A stretch of 64,000 nucleotides of DNA, taken from the human T2T-CHM13v2.0 reference genome, Homo sapiens. This document shows, piece by piece, positions 1 through 13,534 of the stretch. The notes under the pieces are model-generated. The model was given only the letters and a program-made list of their open reading frames with translations, did no database searches and had not been told where the DNA came from. Made by a program: the position numbers and the translations under genes. The stretch lies in assembly GCF_009914755.1 (NCBI RefSeq), contig NC_060948.1; one strand, 5' to 3'. The stretch's first letter is position 1. Every line of letters starts with the position of its first letter.

Positions 1-214
1 GGGGTGCCTGGCAGCCTCCAAGGCACAGACCCAGAGCGCACAGGCCCAGGAACCACGGTGGGTGTGGGGGCTCTGCCGTGCTCAGGATTCCATGCAAACG
101 CTGCGTGCCTGCCGCACTCCAGTATGACCAAGAGTGGGTCGCCCTCTGGAGTGTGGAGTCAGGGAGAGGAGAACCACTCCTTCCTTGGATGCCAACTCTG
201 CTGACTGCCGCCAG

Positions 215-674
215 AAGTGCAGCCCCTGATAGCACTGAACTCGCCCCCCATCCACGGCTAGTCCTGCCCTCAATAGCTTCCCCCACGTCCGTCCCCCAAT
301 GCAGCCAGTAGTGTATACCCAATAGTGCCCTAACCTGTCCTCCTCCATGGGCATTGCAGCCCCAGAAAGTGCCCATAACCCACCCTCCCTGCCATGGGCA
401 GTGCAGCCCTGTACAGTGCTACCAACCAGTACCCCTAATGTAGGCAATGACACCCTGGATAGCGCCCCCAACCCACCCCACACTGCGAAAGGTGCAGCCC
501 TGGTTAGCCCGTCCTACCACTCTGGTCGTGCTGCAGTCTCTGTCACCGCCACCACCAACCACAGTGAGGCAAGCCAGTGGGTTGCAGGCTCTAGCACCCG
601 GCAGCCAGGCACGGAGCAGCTCTCTCCAATGGTCTGCTCCTACCACTCTGACCACGCTGCTGTCTCCGTGGCCA
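215..674. repeat. GC-rich ~45-bp degenerate tandem repeat, block 1 (possibly ACRO1-type satellite; name tentative)
   Basis: About 7 degenerate copies of AGTGCAGCCCCGGATAGCGCCCCCAACCC.. at 215-510, followed by two TCCTACCACTCTG..GCTGC tails (512, 638). Confidence 0.75.
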
Positions 675-1746
675 TCTTCTTTGACTACAAAGGAATAAAA
701 CTAGGTATCAATAAGAAGAGTAATTCTGGAAACAATACAATCACATGGAAGTTAAACACTATCCTCCTGAATAAATGACTAGCGGGTCAATGAAGATACT
801 AAGACAGAAATTCAAACATTTCATGAAACAAAGGGTAATGAAAACACAGTATACCGAAACTTGTTACACAGACAGCAGTACAAAGGCAGAGATTTACAGC
901 TGTAAGTGCCTACCATCCAAACAAAAGAAAAACTTCAAATAAACAATACATCTTAAAGAACTAGTAAAGTAAGAACTAACTAAACCGAAAATAAGAAAAT
1001 GAATAAGATCGTAGCAGAAATAACATTGAAAAAAAAAAACACACAAGATTAAATGAAAAGTTGGTTTTCTGGAAAGCTAAACAAAATTGACAAACTTTTA
1101 ACCAAGCTAACTAAGAAAAAAGAGACAAGATTAAAATAAATAAAATCAACAGATTAAAAAAAGGAGACATTACAACTAATACTTCAGAAATTCAAAGGAT
1201 CATAACTGGCTATTATATGCCAATAAATCGGAAAGCCTAGTAGAAACTGGCAAATTCCTACATGCATACAGCCTACTTAGGTTGAACAATGAAAACATCC
1301 AAGACCAGAACAGATTGGTAACAAGAAATGAGATTGAAGCCATCAGAAAAAGTCTCCCAGTAAAGAAAAGCCCAGGAACTCATGTCTTCACTGCTGATGG
1401 CTTCACACAAAACAATTTAAAGACCTAGTACAAATCCTACTCAAACTATTTTGAAAAACAGGAGGGGGCCGGGCGCGGTGGCTCACGCCTGTAATCCCAG
1501 CACTTTGGGAGGCCGAGGCGGGCGGATCACGAGGTCAGGAGATCGAGACCATCCTGGCTAACACGGTGAAACCCCGTCTCTACTAAAAATACAAAAAATT
1601 AGCCGGGCGAGGTGGCGGGCGCCTGTAGTCCCAGCTACTCGGGAGGCTGAGGCAGGAGAATGGCGTGAACCCCAGGGGGCGGAGCCTGCAGTGAGCCGAG
1701 ATCGCGCCACTGCACTCCAGCCTGGGCGACAGCGAGACTCCGTCTC

Positions 1747-1777
<31 letters not shown>

Positions 1778-2299
1778 AAAACAGGAGGGAATACTTCCAA
1801 ACTTTTTCTATGAGACCATTATTACTGTGATACCAAAATCAGACAAAGGCATCAAAGAAGGAAACTACAGGCTAGTATCTCTAATATTGATGCGAAAATC
1901 CTCAACAAAATACCAGCGAATCCAATTCAGTAATACATTAAAAAGATAATTCATCATGATCAAGTGGAATGTATCCCTGGGATGCAAGGGTCACTCAACA
2001 TACAATGTGATACATCATATCAACCAAATAAACGACAAAAACAGTATGATCATGTCAACTGAAACTGAAAAAGCATTTGATGAAATTCAACATGGCTTCA
2101 TGCTATAAATCCTCAAAGAAACGGGTACAGAAGGAACATACCGCAACATAATAAAAGCTACAGGAAAGACACCCACAGCTAGAAGCATATGGAGTCGGTA
2201 AAAATGGAAAGCTTTTCCTCTAAGATCTGGAACATAATAAGGATGCCCCCTGTCACCACTGTTGTTTAACATAGTACCAGAAATCCTAGCTAAAGCAAT
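675..2299 (+). mobile_element. Old L1 ORF2 internal fragment, interrupted by AluYe
   Basis: L1 motifs TGACTACAAAGGAATAAAACTAG, AAATCCTCAACAAAATACCAGC, GAAAAAGCATTTGATGAAATTCAAC; many stops and frameshifts. Confidence 0.9.
1467..1775 (+). mobile_element. Full-length young AluY (AluYe5/Ye6-type) with 29-A tail and TSD
   Basis: Diagnostic GGCGAGGTGGCG, GAACCCCAGGGGGCGGAGCCTGC, GACAGCGAGAC; CpGs intact; TSD AAAACAGGAGGG at 1455-1466 and 1778-1789. Confidence 0.93.
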
Positions 2300-2300
2300 C

Positions 2301-2780
2301 AGTGCAGCCCCTGATATGGCCCCCAACCCACCCTGCCCCCTACCACCAGCAGTGTCGCCCCCCGCAATAGCACACCCAACACACCCAAACCGCCCCGCCT
2401 CCCCGCACCATGGGCATTACAGCACCCCATAGCGCCCTCAACTCGAAACCGCCACCCCCCCTCCAACAGCCGCGCAGTGCAGCCCCGGATAGCACACTTA
2501 GCCCACCTCACTGTTGCCAGCAATACAGTCTGGGATAGTGCCCCCAACCGGCTCCCCGCCAAGGCCAGTGCAGCCCCGGTTTGGGCCCCCAAAGCACCCC
2601 CCGGGGGCAGGCAGCACAGCCCCAGATAGCACACCCAACCAGCCACCCAAGGCGGGCAGTGACGCCTGAGATAGGGCCCCCAACCCGTCCCAGGCCACCC
2701 GCAGTGCAGCCTGGAAAGCGCACTTACCCTGACGCCTTTCTACACTCTGGCTGGCTGCAGCGTCCACCGCTGCCACCCAC
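2301..2780. repeat. GC-rich ~45-bp degenerate tandem repeat, block 2
   Basis: About 9 copies of the same AGTGCAGCCCC..GATAGC..CCCAAC unit, ending in the same TACACTCTGG..GCTGCAG tail as block 1. Confidence 0.75.
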
Positions 2781-2784
2781 CTCA

Positions 2785-3118
2785 GAGCTGCAAACAGGAA
2801 GTATTTTACTCACCGTTGATGCGGCCCCGAGTTGTCCCAAAGCGCGGCAGTGCCCCCAAGGTCTGTGCTGAGCAGAACGCAGCTCCGCCCTCGGGGTGCC
2901 ACCGGCCCGCCCGACCGGGTCCGTGCTGAGGAGAACACTGCTCTGCCTTCCCTGTATCTCCGAAGTCTGTGCAGAGGAGAACTCAGCTCCACCCTCGCGG
3001 TGCTCTCGGGGTCTGTGCTGAGGATAACTCAGCTCCGCCCTCGCAAAGGCAGACAGCGCAGGCGCCGACAGCGACAGCTCAGACAGCGCTGGCGCGGCGG
3101 ACAGGCGCACAGAAGACC
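2785..3118. repeat. TAR1 (telomere-associated repeat) with 37-bp units and degenerate 29-bp units, at an interstitial position
   Basis: Four units of GTCTGTGCTGAGGAGAACGCAGCTCCGCCCTCGC, then CAAAGGC..GCGCAGGCGC..CAGGCGCACAGA, matching recalled human subtelomeric sequence; no (CCCTAA)n adjacent. Confidence 0.88.
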
Positions 3119-3674
3119 TCAGGCTCAGGTTCCACTCCCCAGCTGTGAAAGGGTAAGAACTGAGGGTGGCTGAGGCTGGGGGTTGTTCAGGGCGGGGTGG
3201 GCTCTGGACCCAGCAGGCCCTGCACCCAGGCCAGGGCTTCAGGGGAGGCCAGGTAAGGCCAAGATGGGGCCGGGGCTGGTCAGAAAGATCCGAGCGTTGG
3301 GAGCCGGTGGAAGAAAAGAGCGCGCGGGCGACAGTCAAACAGGCCTTGGGGCAGGGCACGCCTCGCGCTCCAGGCAGCCCTGCCAGCCCAGGGCACCTGA
3401 GCAGCAACCGCCGCCTGCACTGGGCGCGCCAGAGAGCTGCTACGGTGGTTTCTCCCCCTCGGGCCTGTTGGGCGGGGCCGTTATGGTGCACGTGCTCGCT
3501 GGTCCTAATGGTTCTCTTGGGCGTTTCTGCTGAGAGGCGGGAGGCGCTGAGAGTCTGTGCGAAGGTCCGTGGACAGACTGCATTGCTTGTTGTGCTTCAG
3601 AGGCGGTGATCCCCAGAAGGCGAGCTGAGAAATACGGCTGGAGCGTTCCCAGGCTACAATTTGCAGCGACGATT

Positions 3675-3848
<174 letters not shown>

Positions 3849-3849
3849 T

Positions 3850-4255
3850 AATGGGGGCCGGGAGCCGGGGCTGCGGGAAGAGGCCCGTGGATGTGGAGAA
3901 GTACCCCCTTCCAGGCTGAGGGCTGTGGGGCGGATGGTCCGGGGCTCGGGGTATGGACAGGGGCTAGGAGGTGCCTGGCTGGGGTGGGAGTGAGTGGAGC
4001 GGAGCCCGGGGAGTGGGGGTATAGGGGTTGGCGGGGTGTGGAGTGAGTTGGGGGATGGCAGTGGGGAGTAGGGGGTGCATGGGGTGGGGGTGTGAATGGG
4101 CTGAGGTGGATGGAATGAAGGCTTTTGAGGTAGGGGTGTGGACGGTGTGGGGTGGGGAGATGGGGTGAGGGTTCAATAGGACAGAGGATTGGAGGTGGGG
4201 GTGAGGTGTGGGGGTGAATGGGGTGGGGGAAAGGGGTGCAGAGGTGAGGGGGCCG
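3850..4255 (+). repeat. G-rich low-complexity tract (GGGGTG-like, G-quadruplex potential) at the start of intron 1
   Basis: Dozens of G3-G6 runs. Confidence 0.8.
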
Positions 4256-4965
4256 AGTCTTGTCACCAAAGGGGCTGGACTTTCTTTCCTGGCAAGCTCA
4301 GCCGCACCTGGGATGTGGAAACCTTGGGGGGGGGCGAGCACCCAGGCCATTTTCACGAGCAGCAAAACAAAAACAAAACTTCAGCTTGTTTCCAATCACT
4401 CACCATGCTTCTTGTTTATAAATCATTTTAAAGTGATTTCACTAATACAATTCAGCATGTACAGCGTTTTATTTTTAATGTACACATTTTAAAGCATAAT
4501 GTTACATACATTATGGAAAAGTGCATAATGACAGAAAGCATTTCCATAATATATCAACTTCCTGACTAAAAATTCTTTGGATAAAAATCCAATATTTATT
4601 TGATATCGGTGGACACCTATGTCAATGTGGTTTTCACTTAGAGGGAAACTTTGAAGTGGGAAGATTGTGTTCTTGAATAGAAAGACACATTTTTCTAAAG
4701 TTCTGAGCTCTTTCTGTGTTTATAAATTTTACATAATCCAAATAAAGTTATCAAAGTGTTAACATTTTTGAATTACTCATGCTGTCTTTTACTATTGTGA
4801 TGACATTAACAACACTTTTGAAATGGAGTCAAAAAAGGCTTGCCTTTCTAGATATGAAAATGTGCTGTTAATTTTCACAAGTTATTTGCTAACAGCTGAA
4901 ACAACAAATAAGTGAATGGAACAGGTTAGAAAATCCAGGAACACACCAATATGTGTAAGAATTTA

Positions 4966-5048
4966 TTAGCTTTGTGCAAAAACAATTGCGGTTTTTGCCG
5001 CAAGTACAAGTAATGGCAAAAACCGCAATTGCTTTTGCACCAATCTAA
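4966..5048. mobile_element. MADE1 (Hsmar1-derived MITE; miR-548 source family)
   Basis: TTAG..TGCAAAAACAATTGCGGTTTTTGCC..GGCAAAAACCGCAATTGCTTTTGCACCAATCTAA with TA flanks. Confidence 0.92.
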
Positions 5049-6149
5049 TAAAATTGGATAATGGTGACATTTCATATTAGTAGGAAAAGATGAATTACTC
5101 ATAAATGAAGTGCCTGCTAACTATTTGGAGAAATCTGGCTAGATTTTTATGTCACAGAAATAAGTTCGTTATGGAATGTAGATTAAAAATTTTAAATACA
5201 CAAAATAAGAAAGATAACAGAAAAAAACACAAATGCCTACTTATGTTGATACATGTTTATATTCCTACAAATATCACAAGCAGACATTCTGAAGGTCGAT
5301 TTAGCAAAATAAAAAAAAAATCCAGTTTATAAGAAAAAATTAACAAAAGACAATACGTGTATATACATATTAGATAAAAAAGTGATTTTCATTTTACAGA
5401 TAATTCTTCAAATAAACAAGAACTCTCATTTAAAATAGAGCAAAGCATTTTTTTTTCAGATATTAAAGCAACCTATACACATGGGAAAAAATATTTAGTG
5501 TTCCTGGGAGGAGAAGGTATTTAAGTTAAAAAAGGAATGAAATACTCTTTTCTATCCACAAGTTTGTGAGGGTAAAGAGTAGCAGTACATATACTGCTGT
5601 TTAAAGTTTACATTTCTGATGATTTTTCAAATAGACAATTTGTTGGTAAGTATCACACTTTAAAAATGTATGTGCCCTTCACCCATCAATTCCATTATAC
5701 TAAAATATCTCTGGGAAATAGAGATACATGCAATTTGTTTTTCTCAGCACTGCTTAAAATAGCAGTGTATTTGGAAAACCCCTTATAATGGATTTTATAA
5801 ATTTTATAAATTTATCAATAAATTTCGGTGCATCCATACAATGGGACAATATGGGACCTTCACAGATGTCAGTAGATACAGATGTATGTTGAGGTGTGAA
5901 GATGTACTCTGAAAAAAAGTTGGTTTGATTATACATGCACACAAACAGTCTATGGTGTTTATAAGCCAAGTATGTGTACAAAATATAACATTTCTTTTCT
6001 GGCAGGTGTATTGTGATATTTTTTCTTATCTGTGATGTATAAATGATCAGTATGTTTAAAACTTCTAGTACATGTGTTTTATTAATGAAATTATCATTGG
6101 GAAAAGAAGAAATATAAATCTTACAAAGAAAAAATAATTCTCACTTTCT

Positions 6150-6473
6150 ATTTTATTTTATTATTTATTTCTTTGTTTGTTTGTTTATTTTTGAGATGGA
6201 GTCTCGCCCTGTCGCCCAGCCTGGAGTGCAGTGGCATGATCTCAGCTCACTGCAGTCTGCCTCTCAGGTTCAAGTGACTCTCCCACCTCAGCCTCCTGAG
6301 TAGCTGGGATTACAGGTGTGCATCACCATGTCCAGCTAATTTTTGTATATTTTAGTAAAGACTGGGTTTCAGCATGTTGGCCAGGCTGGTCTCAAACTCC
6401 TGACCTCAGGTGATTCCCCCGCCTGGGCCTCCCAAAGTTCTGGTATTACAGGTGTGAGCCACTGTGCCTGGCC
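6150..6473 (-). mobile_element. AluS
   Basis: Full antisense Alu with T-rich tail. Confidence 0.9.
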
Positions 6474-7902
6474 TTATTTTTATTATTTTGTTTATTGGTA
6501 TCTTCTGTGAACTTTTAGCCTCTTCAGAGGCAGAGGGAATATTTTTATTTGTGCTTATTTTATTATGCATAGATTTTAGTATATAAATAGGTTTTTATTA
6601 TAGCTTTATTACATATATGCAAACAATTTTTAATTATTTTAGTTTATCAGTGTCCTCATGAAAATGAAAACGAGCAAATATAAGTGATTATCACTATTCC
6701 AAGAGCACTGCTTTAATTTGTAGTTTTTTTCGTAATAAACTCCCCAACTGTATGTATGCATTCTTTCAATCCAGTTATTTGTCAAGCATAACCTGAATAC
6801 CTATTATGTAGCAGACACATTCCACCATCTCTCAGGACTCTTCCACCCTTAACAACTTCATGTTTACCTGCCCAGCCTGAGCAAGTTGAGATTTAAAATG
6901 GAAGCATTACGACTGAATCCTAATTGGGTCTTTTATTCCTTTTTTTTTTAAATAAAAGCAATTCTGAAGTTAGAAAATAGTGAAAGATAACCTTTAACTG
7001 CCATTTCAAAAACTTATGACCATCTCAAATACTACTATTAATCATTGCAAATACCTAATTTACATAACATTCTGTAAGTATTGAAAAAAATGAGCGATAC
7101 CTATTCATATGAATCCTGAGTTTCCTTTGGATTTTTTTTTTTTTGGAAAATTGAAGTAAGAAGTACTTTGTTTTAAAAATTTGTTTTTTTATTTTTGCCT
7201 TCTTTTTCCACAGTACTTTATTTAGGTGCAAATTATATGAGTAGAACTGCCTGTTCTATGTACTGTATCCCACTTAATGTGAGGCATCATGGATTAGGTG
7301 ATGCCACATTACTTTATATATCGATAAGATAATGTTTAAAACATTGCCAGTTATAATTGTAATAAGTAATGAATTGTAAACAGTATTCCAATGTCAAGAG
7401 ATGTTAATATATAAGAGAATAGTAGCTTATATAAGAGAATAGTGAGAATATGAGCATCTGAGAATGACTGAAATACAATGATACATCTAATCTTTAATAG
7501 ATACCTCAATGTAGATATGATTGTATCATTTTACTTAATTAAAATGTCTTTGTAAGTAGTAATATCTAAAAATTATTGAGCTGTTATTTGTGTTAGAAAG
7601 TGTTCTAAATGCTGTGCATAGATTGTTATGTAAGCATCACAGCAGTGTTCTGTGGGATAGCTACTATTCTCATATATTTTATTGATAAGGAAATTGAAGC
7701 AAAGAAAGGCTAAATAACAACTAAGTGACAGAGATTACAGTAAATTTTAAGCCCCAATTAAACTGAATCCAGAAGCCAAGCCTTTTCTATTAAATAGCCT
7801 GCTCTTTCATTAATGTGGCGAGTAATAAGTGCTAACAAATGTTGTACCTTCTTCACAAGAAAATTACATATTTGTGTTGAAGACAGAGAAATAACATGCT
7901 AA

Positions 7903-8076
<174 letters not shown>

Positions 8077-8227
8077 TGAATCTTTGAGCATGAGATGGAT
8101 TTGGTTTAAATATGTAGGATAAAATGAATTTATCTCATTGGAATACCACTATATAACTAGTTAGTAAATCCTACGGAGTGTTTATTTTGATTTTTCAGTA
8201 TTTGCGTGTTTCTCAGTCTAATACTGA

Positions 8228-8437
<210 letters not shown>

Positions 8438-11227
8438 TGAAATGCATTTATTTTAACATTGACCCATGTAAGGGTCAATTTTTCATATTTGGAAACTCAA
8501 ACATTCCTTGAATGAAAATATTTTGAAATGCCTTAACTGTCAAAGATTTTACTTTAAATATTGGAACTTTTAAAGAAGCATTATAAGGTATGGCTTTTTT
8601 TCATGCACTTATGGTAAATAATTATAAAAACAAATGAGTTACAATAAATTTATAATTCATGACAACTGAATTTGGGAGGGGTAATAGTGAAGTGTTTTTC
8701 CACTAAATTACTTTTTTCTAATCAGTGTGAAGTGACACAGGAAAGTAAAATTGGCCCTTATAAATAGGCTTTATTTTAAATTTCAAAGAAAATTAAAGAA
8801 TTTCACAATAAATGTACATCTTGTTGCTGTTGACAAATATTGTATGTGAAGGTGATTTCATTTGAAAGTGATTCCTCTGTGGAAAGGCTTAAGGGGGAAA
8901 TATGAAGAAAAGGAGAGCAATCAGAAATGCACAAGCTAATTTGGAAATTAGGTAATGAGGGAAAATACTGTGGAGAGGGTTTTTGTGTGTTTTGTTGTTT
9001 GTTTTCAATTTATATGTTTAGACAAGGATCGTTTCAGTTTTGGGGATGATTATTCTTACTTTGGGAAAGAGTTTGTGAGTTGTAAAATTGCCCAGGGATC
9101 AATTTTGGTAGGACTCTGAGGAAACCAGGTTGGCAGTGAATAGTGGTGATGATGTGGCACACAGTTCAGCAGAGAGAAGAACACATAATTAATGGACATT
9201 ATTCAATTCTGGCAGAAAAAGCCACTTAGATAAGCATCTAAACTCTACTCTCAAGTCCAGAATGTCTTGATGGGCAGGTGGGAGATAAGGAGCTTATAAA
9301 TAGTAAAATCAAGTTGGATTTTGAGTTTACTGGTCTCTTTTCTACCCCTACCCAGGAAAAGTAAATGAAATTTTCAGTGAATGGCTCTATCTTTTGCTCT
9401 TTCCTCTTTTCGGCCAAATCCCAAATGATAAAGGGAATTTGCCACATGGGTGAGAGATGAGACTGAAGTGATTATCAACTGTGCTGGTTCGCAGTTAGAA
9501 TTGTGCATGGCAGTAACCTGGGGAAATTAAAAGCAAATCTCTTAAGTCTAGGATATCCCCTGAAGATTTTAATATAGTAAATCTAGTATTTACTATTAAA
9601 TATTACTGGACATGTATGTTTTAAAATATTTCCTTGAAGCTGGGCATGGTGGTGCCTCTAGCCAGAGCCACAGAATAAGACACTGTCTCTAACAACAACA
9701 ACAACACCAACAACAATAAACAATTTCTTGAGACACTGATACACTGCTGGTCAAGAACCACTGAATAGATAAGTGTAATATAAATTCCCATATCTCAAAC
9801 ACATAAAAAATCTCTAGAAGAGTTAGATGATAGGAGCTGCTTCCTTTGAATTTCTCCTTTCCAATAATAATGGCCTGACTTTTACCTGTCTCTACCTCTG
9901 TGGGTGGGAAGTTAAAAGAACTATTACTTGCAATATCTATCAGAGTAAGAATAACACCTTTTCTTTGCCACCATCACTTATGCACTGCCATTCATAGGGT
10001 CGTTAGAAATTTGCTATTGTGGACTCTTTTAATAAGTAGAGACTGACTCTTTCAGGACTCTGAGTCTCTTTGTTATCATTGTGGTGATTAGGTCAATACA
10101 TCATTATTAAAAGAAGGGTTCTCTCAATTACAAGAGTAAAAAATTCTAAACCTTTTTTTAAAGCTGAAGCTCTATTATGGACTGCCTCACTATGTCAGTT
10201 AAGTACACAGAACTATGGCATAATCAGGATAGCAGTTTTAAACACTTAAAACCATGAAGTTAGTAAGAATACAGAGAATACATTTAGGTCATTATTAGAG
10301 CTTTAATTGGTAAGCCATCGTATTTTTATTTCTGATTTATATTTTACCTAAAATAAAAAAATTAGGTTACAATATAGAAACTAGAATAATTTAATATTAT
10401 TTTAATAATTTAGTTGCAGCAGTCCTGTGAACTAATTATCCATTTGGTGAACAATCTGGGAAAATTAAACATAAATTATGAATTAATGAATGTTGTAAAA
10501 GTGCTCAAAGTGGGGATTATGACTCTTAGTAACAATTTTAATTGCATTCTTGAGGCTATTTTGGAAAATAAAATCTGAAACTAAAGAAAGGAAATATTTT
10601 ACACGAAAATACTTGTTTTATATAGAATCGCTTGGAGACATATCCACAGCAAATATAAAAATACAAGGTCTATAGTCTAAATGTGTCTCATAGATGTGTT
10701 TAGTTTGCCTCTATAAATTGTCTCACAATGGAAGGTTTAGGAGACTCGTGCACAGATCTGGATTCCAGGCTTCTCTTCAAGAATCCAATCTGGTGTCCCT
10801 TGAGCCTATCTCATGTTTAGGACGCTGTGCAGAGGTTGCCCCTTTCTATGAGGCATGTGGTCTACATTTTGCTACTGTACTTCACTTCCTCAGGTCATCT
10901 CCCTTGCCTCTGTAGGGATGACTTTACAAGCCCTGTTTTATAATATATTTTAGTAAATATTTCAAGGTTTTCAAGACATTTTATATTTATTTAAATATGG
11001 AGTCTATATTTTATATAAATCCCTTGGTAATTGGGTTGAACTTTTGAATTTAGATGGTGGTGTTTTATAAATTATTTTTCTTTATATATACCATAAATAG
11101 TCATCTTCCCATTAGAATGCATGGAAGCTTTTTAAGGTGAATCATGGTATAGTTGCATAGGTTACGCATATTGCAGACAACGTTATATTTTTCTCTTCAG
11201 CATTGCCTCCTAAAAATGCAAATAATT

Positions 11228-11576
<349 letters not shown>

Positions 11577-11963
11577 TCATTATTCTATAAATAATTCATA
11601 TAGGTCATTATTAGAGCTTTAATTGATAAGCCACTGTATTTTTATTTCTGATTTATATTTTACTTAAAATAAAAAAAGTAAGAATTCATATGGAAACTAG
11701 AATACAAATAAATTTTTAAAGGAGTTATATACCAGGGTCCTAAGATTATAATTACATAAATATTTGCATCAGGGTCCTAAGATTGTAATTGAGAATAATA
11801 TTTTATACAGAGCTTTCTGACAGCTAAGATAAAAATATTACTAGAGAAAACCCATGGACTATTTAATAATAAGCAGTGAAAGTTCATTTGAAGCCTATCT
11901 CTATTAATTCAGAGCCTGGCTCTTCAAATTAAAAAGAGAGAGGCTTCAAATGAACTGTCAATC

Positions 11964-12029
11964 GTGTCAGAATCTCAGATGACAATGTCAGGTGTGAGCA
12001 CCTGACATTGTCATCTGAGATTCTGACAC
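11964..12029. repeat. Perfect 31-bp inverted repeat with 4-nt loop
   Basis: GTGTCAGAATCTCAGATGACAATGTCAGGTG-TGAG-CACCTGACATTGTCATCTGAGATTCTGACAC. Confidence 0.97.
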
Positions 12030-12745
12030 CATCAATAGAAGAGAATGAGGCACGTGTGTATCACCTTTACTGGCAAGCTCTCACAACTGTATCCCTGAAA
12101 CTCTCATTTCTTAAATGTTAACAGTCTCCAAAATAAGTATTTACAAATAGGGATTAGGTGAAGTTCAAAAGATTTCTCAAATACTAGACACATAATGCAC
12201 AGTTTTGTAACATTTTTCAAACATGGGTGATCATGAAGTCTTTCTTTTGGGGTATAATGTTGAACTTCTGGTAAAGTAAATATCCTTTGGAATATATTAA
12301 TAGTTTAAGAAACACCGCTCTATAGATAATAATTTAGATCATTTATAAAAATACCTGAAACATTTATTACTGTGTCTTAGAGTTTGAGGACATAGAGAAA
12401 AAAATACAGCTGCTGCCCTCAAGAAGCTCTTGGTTCAGGTGGGAAACAATAAAATCCTTGAAACATGCCATGGTAAATGCTGTGACAGAAGCAAAGATTC
12501 TTGGAACTGGGAAGTGTTTGAAGTGAGTTTTGGAGATGACCAGAGTTCTTGTGGTGAGGCAGAGGAGGTTGTTTCCAGCGGAAGGAGCAGAACGTAGAAA
12601 AGCACCGAGGAGTGAAAAGAAAGGGACTACCTCTTATGTCCTTTCAATTGTATATATTTAAGCTCACAGGATCTTACATAAGGTTTTCAGTTCAGTTGAT
12701 AAATACGTAATTATGTGATTATAAATTGTTGCTGTTGTTTTACAG

Positions 12746-12852
12746 ACTGAATGTCAACCACTTTTACTGGCTGTGCGTCTAAGAAAACTGATAATGGTGG
12801 AAGTTTTATTAAACAAAAATGCAAATATAAATGCAATTGATTGTCTTAGCAG
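12746..12852 (+). pseudogene. ANKRD36: ANKRD36-like exon 4 (107 bp), donor mutated GT>AT
   Basis: TECQPLLLAVRLRKLIMVEVLLNKNANINAIDCLSR; followed by AG|ATACAG. Confidence 0.93.
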
Positions 12853-13339
12853 ATACAGACCTTAGTTCTTATTGTATTGTTTTTAAACCTGAGTGTCATT
12901 GTAGAGTGGTAGCAGTCACTCAAGTCACAAATATTACATTAATAAGAAGACTAACTTTTAATTATTGGGATATAGTGAGAAATATCAACACAGATCATCA
13001 CTTAGGTAGAAAAACAATTATTTGGACTGAGTAACATAAAGAACAGTGTATAGCAGGATTTGTCTCTCTATATAGACATTATACACATAAAAGGCTTCTA
13101 TATATAGAAAGCTCTGTATATTGATAGATGTTTGTTATTTGTAATATGATGTGTTATTTATAATGTAATAATGTGATGCTTTTGATTGTATGATTTTATG
13201 TTAGCGAAAGGGGTTTCATGTTAGTTTTTCATTTCTACTGTGTTTTGATGTTGTTTTTAATTGATATGGGGAGAGGGAGAAAAGATAGCTTTCAATGGAT
13301 AAAACTTTACTTTAATGAAAACAAGCTTTAGGTTCACAC

Positions 13340-13475
13340 AGGACTGGATTTAATCCCTAGCTTTCCCACTTGCTAGATGTGTGACCTTGGTAACATTACT
13401 TATCACCAAGTATGTTTTCTTCTGTGAAAAGGAGGGTAATAATATATCCTTCAAGGATGGTTGTGTGTAAGTAAC

Positions 13476-13534
<59 letters not shown>

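Noticed and set aside
215-3118. Spaced short repeats resembling a CRISPR array
   Set aside because: Degenerate tandem satellite and TAR1 units in a primate context; no identical repeats with unique spacers and no cas genes
2724-3491. 255-aa minus-strand ORF and the other ORFs in 1-4500
   Set aside because: They arise from GC-rich satellite/TAR1/CpG-island sequence with few stops; low-complexity Ala/Pro/Arg/Gly content and no recognisable domain
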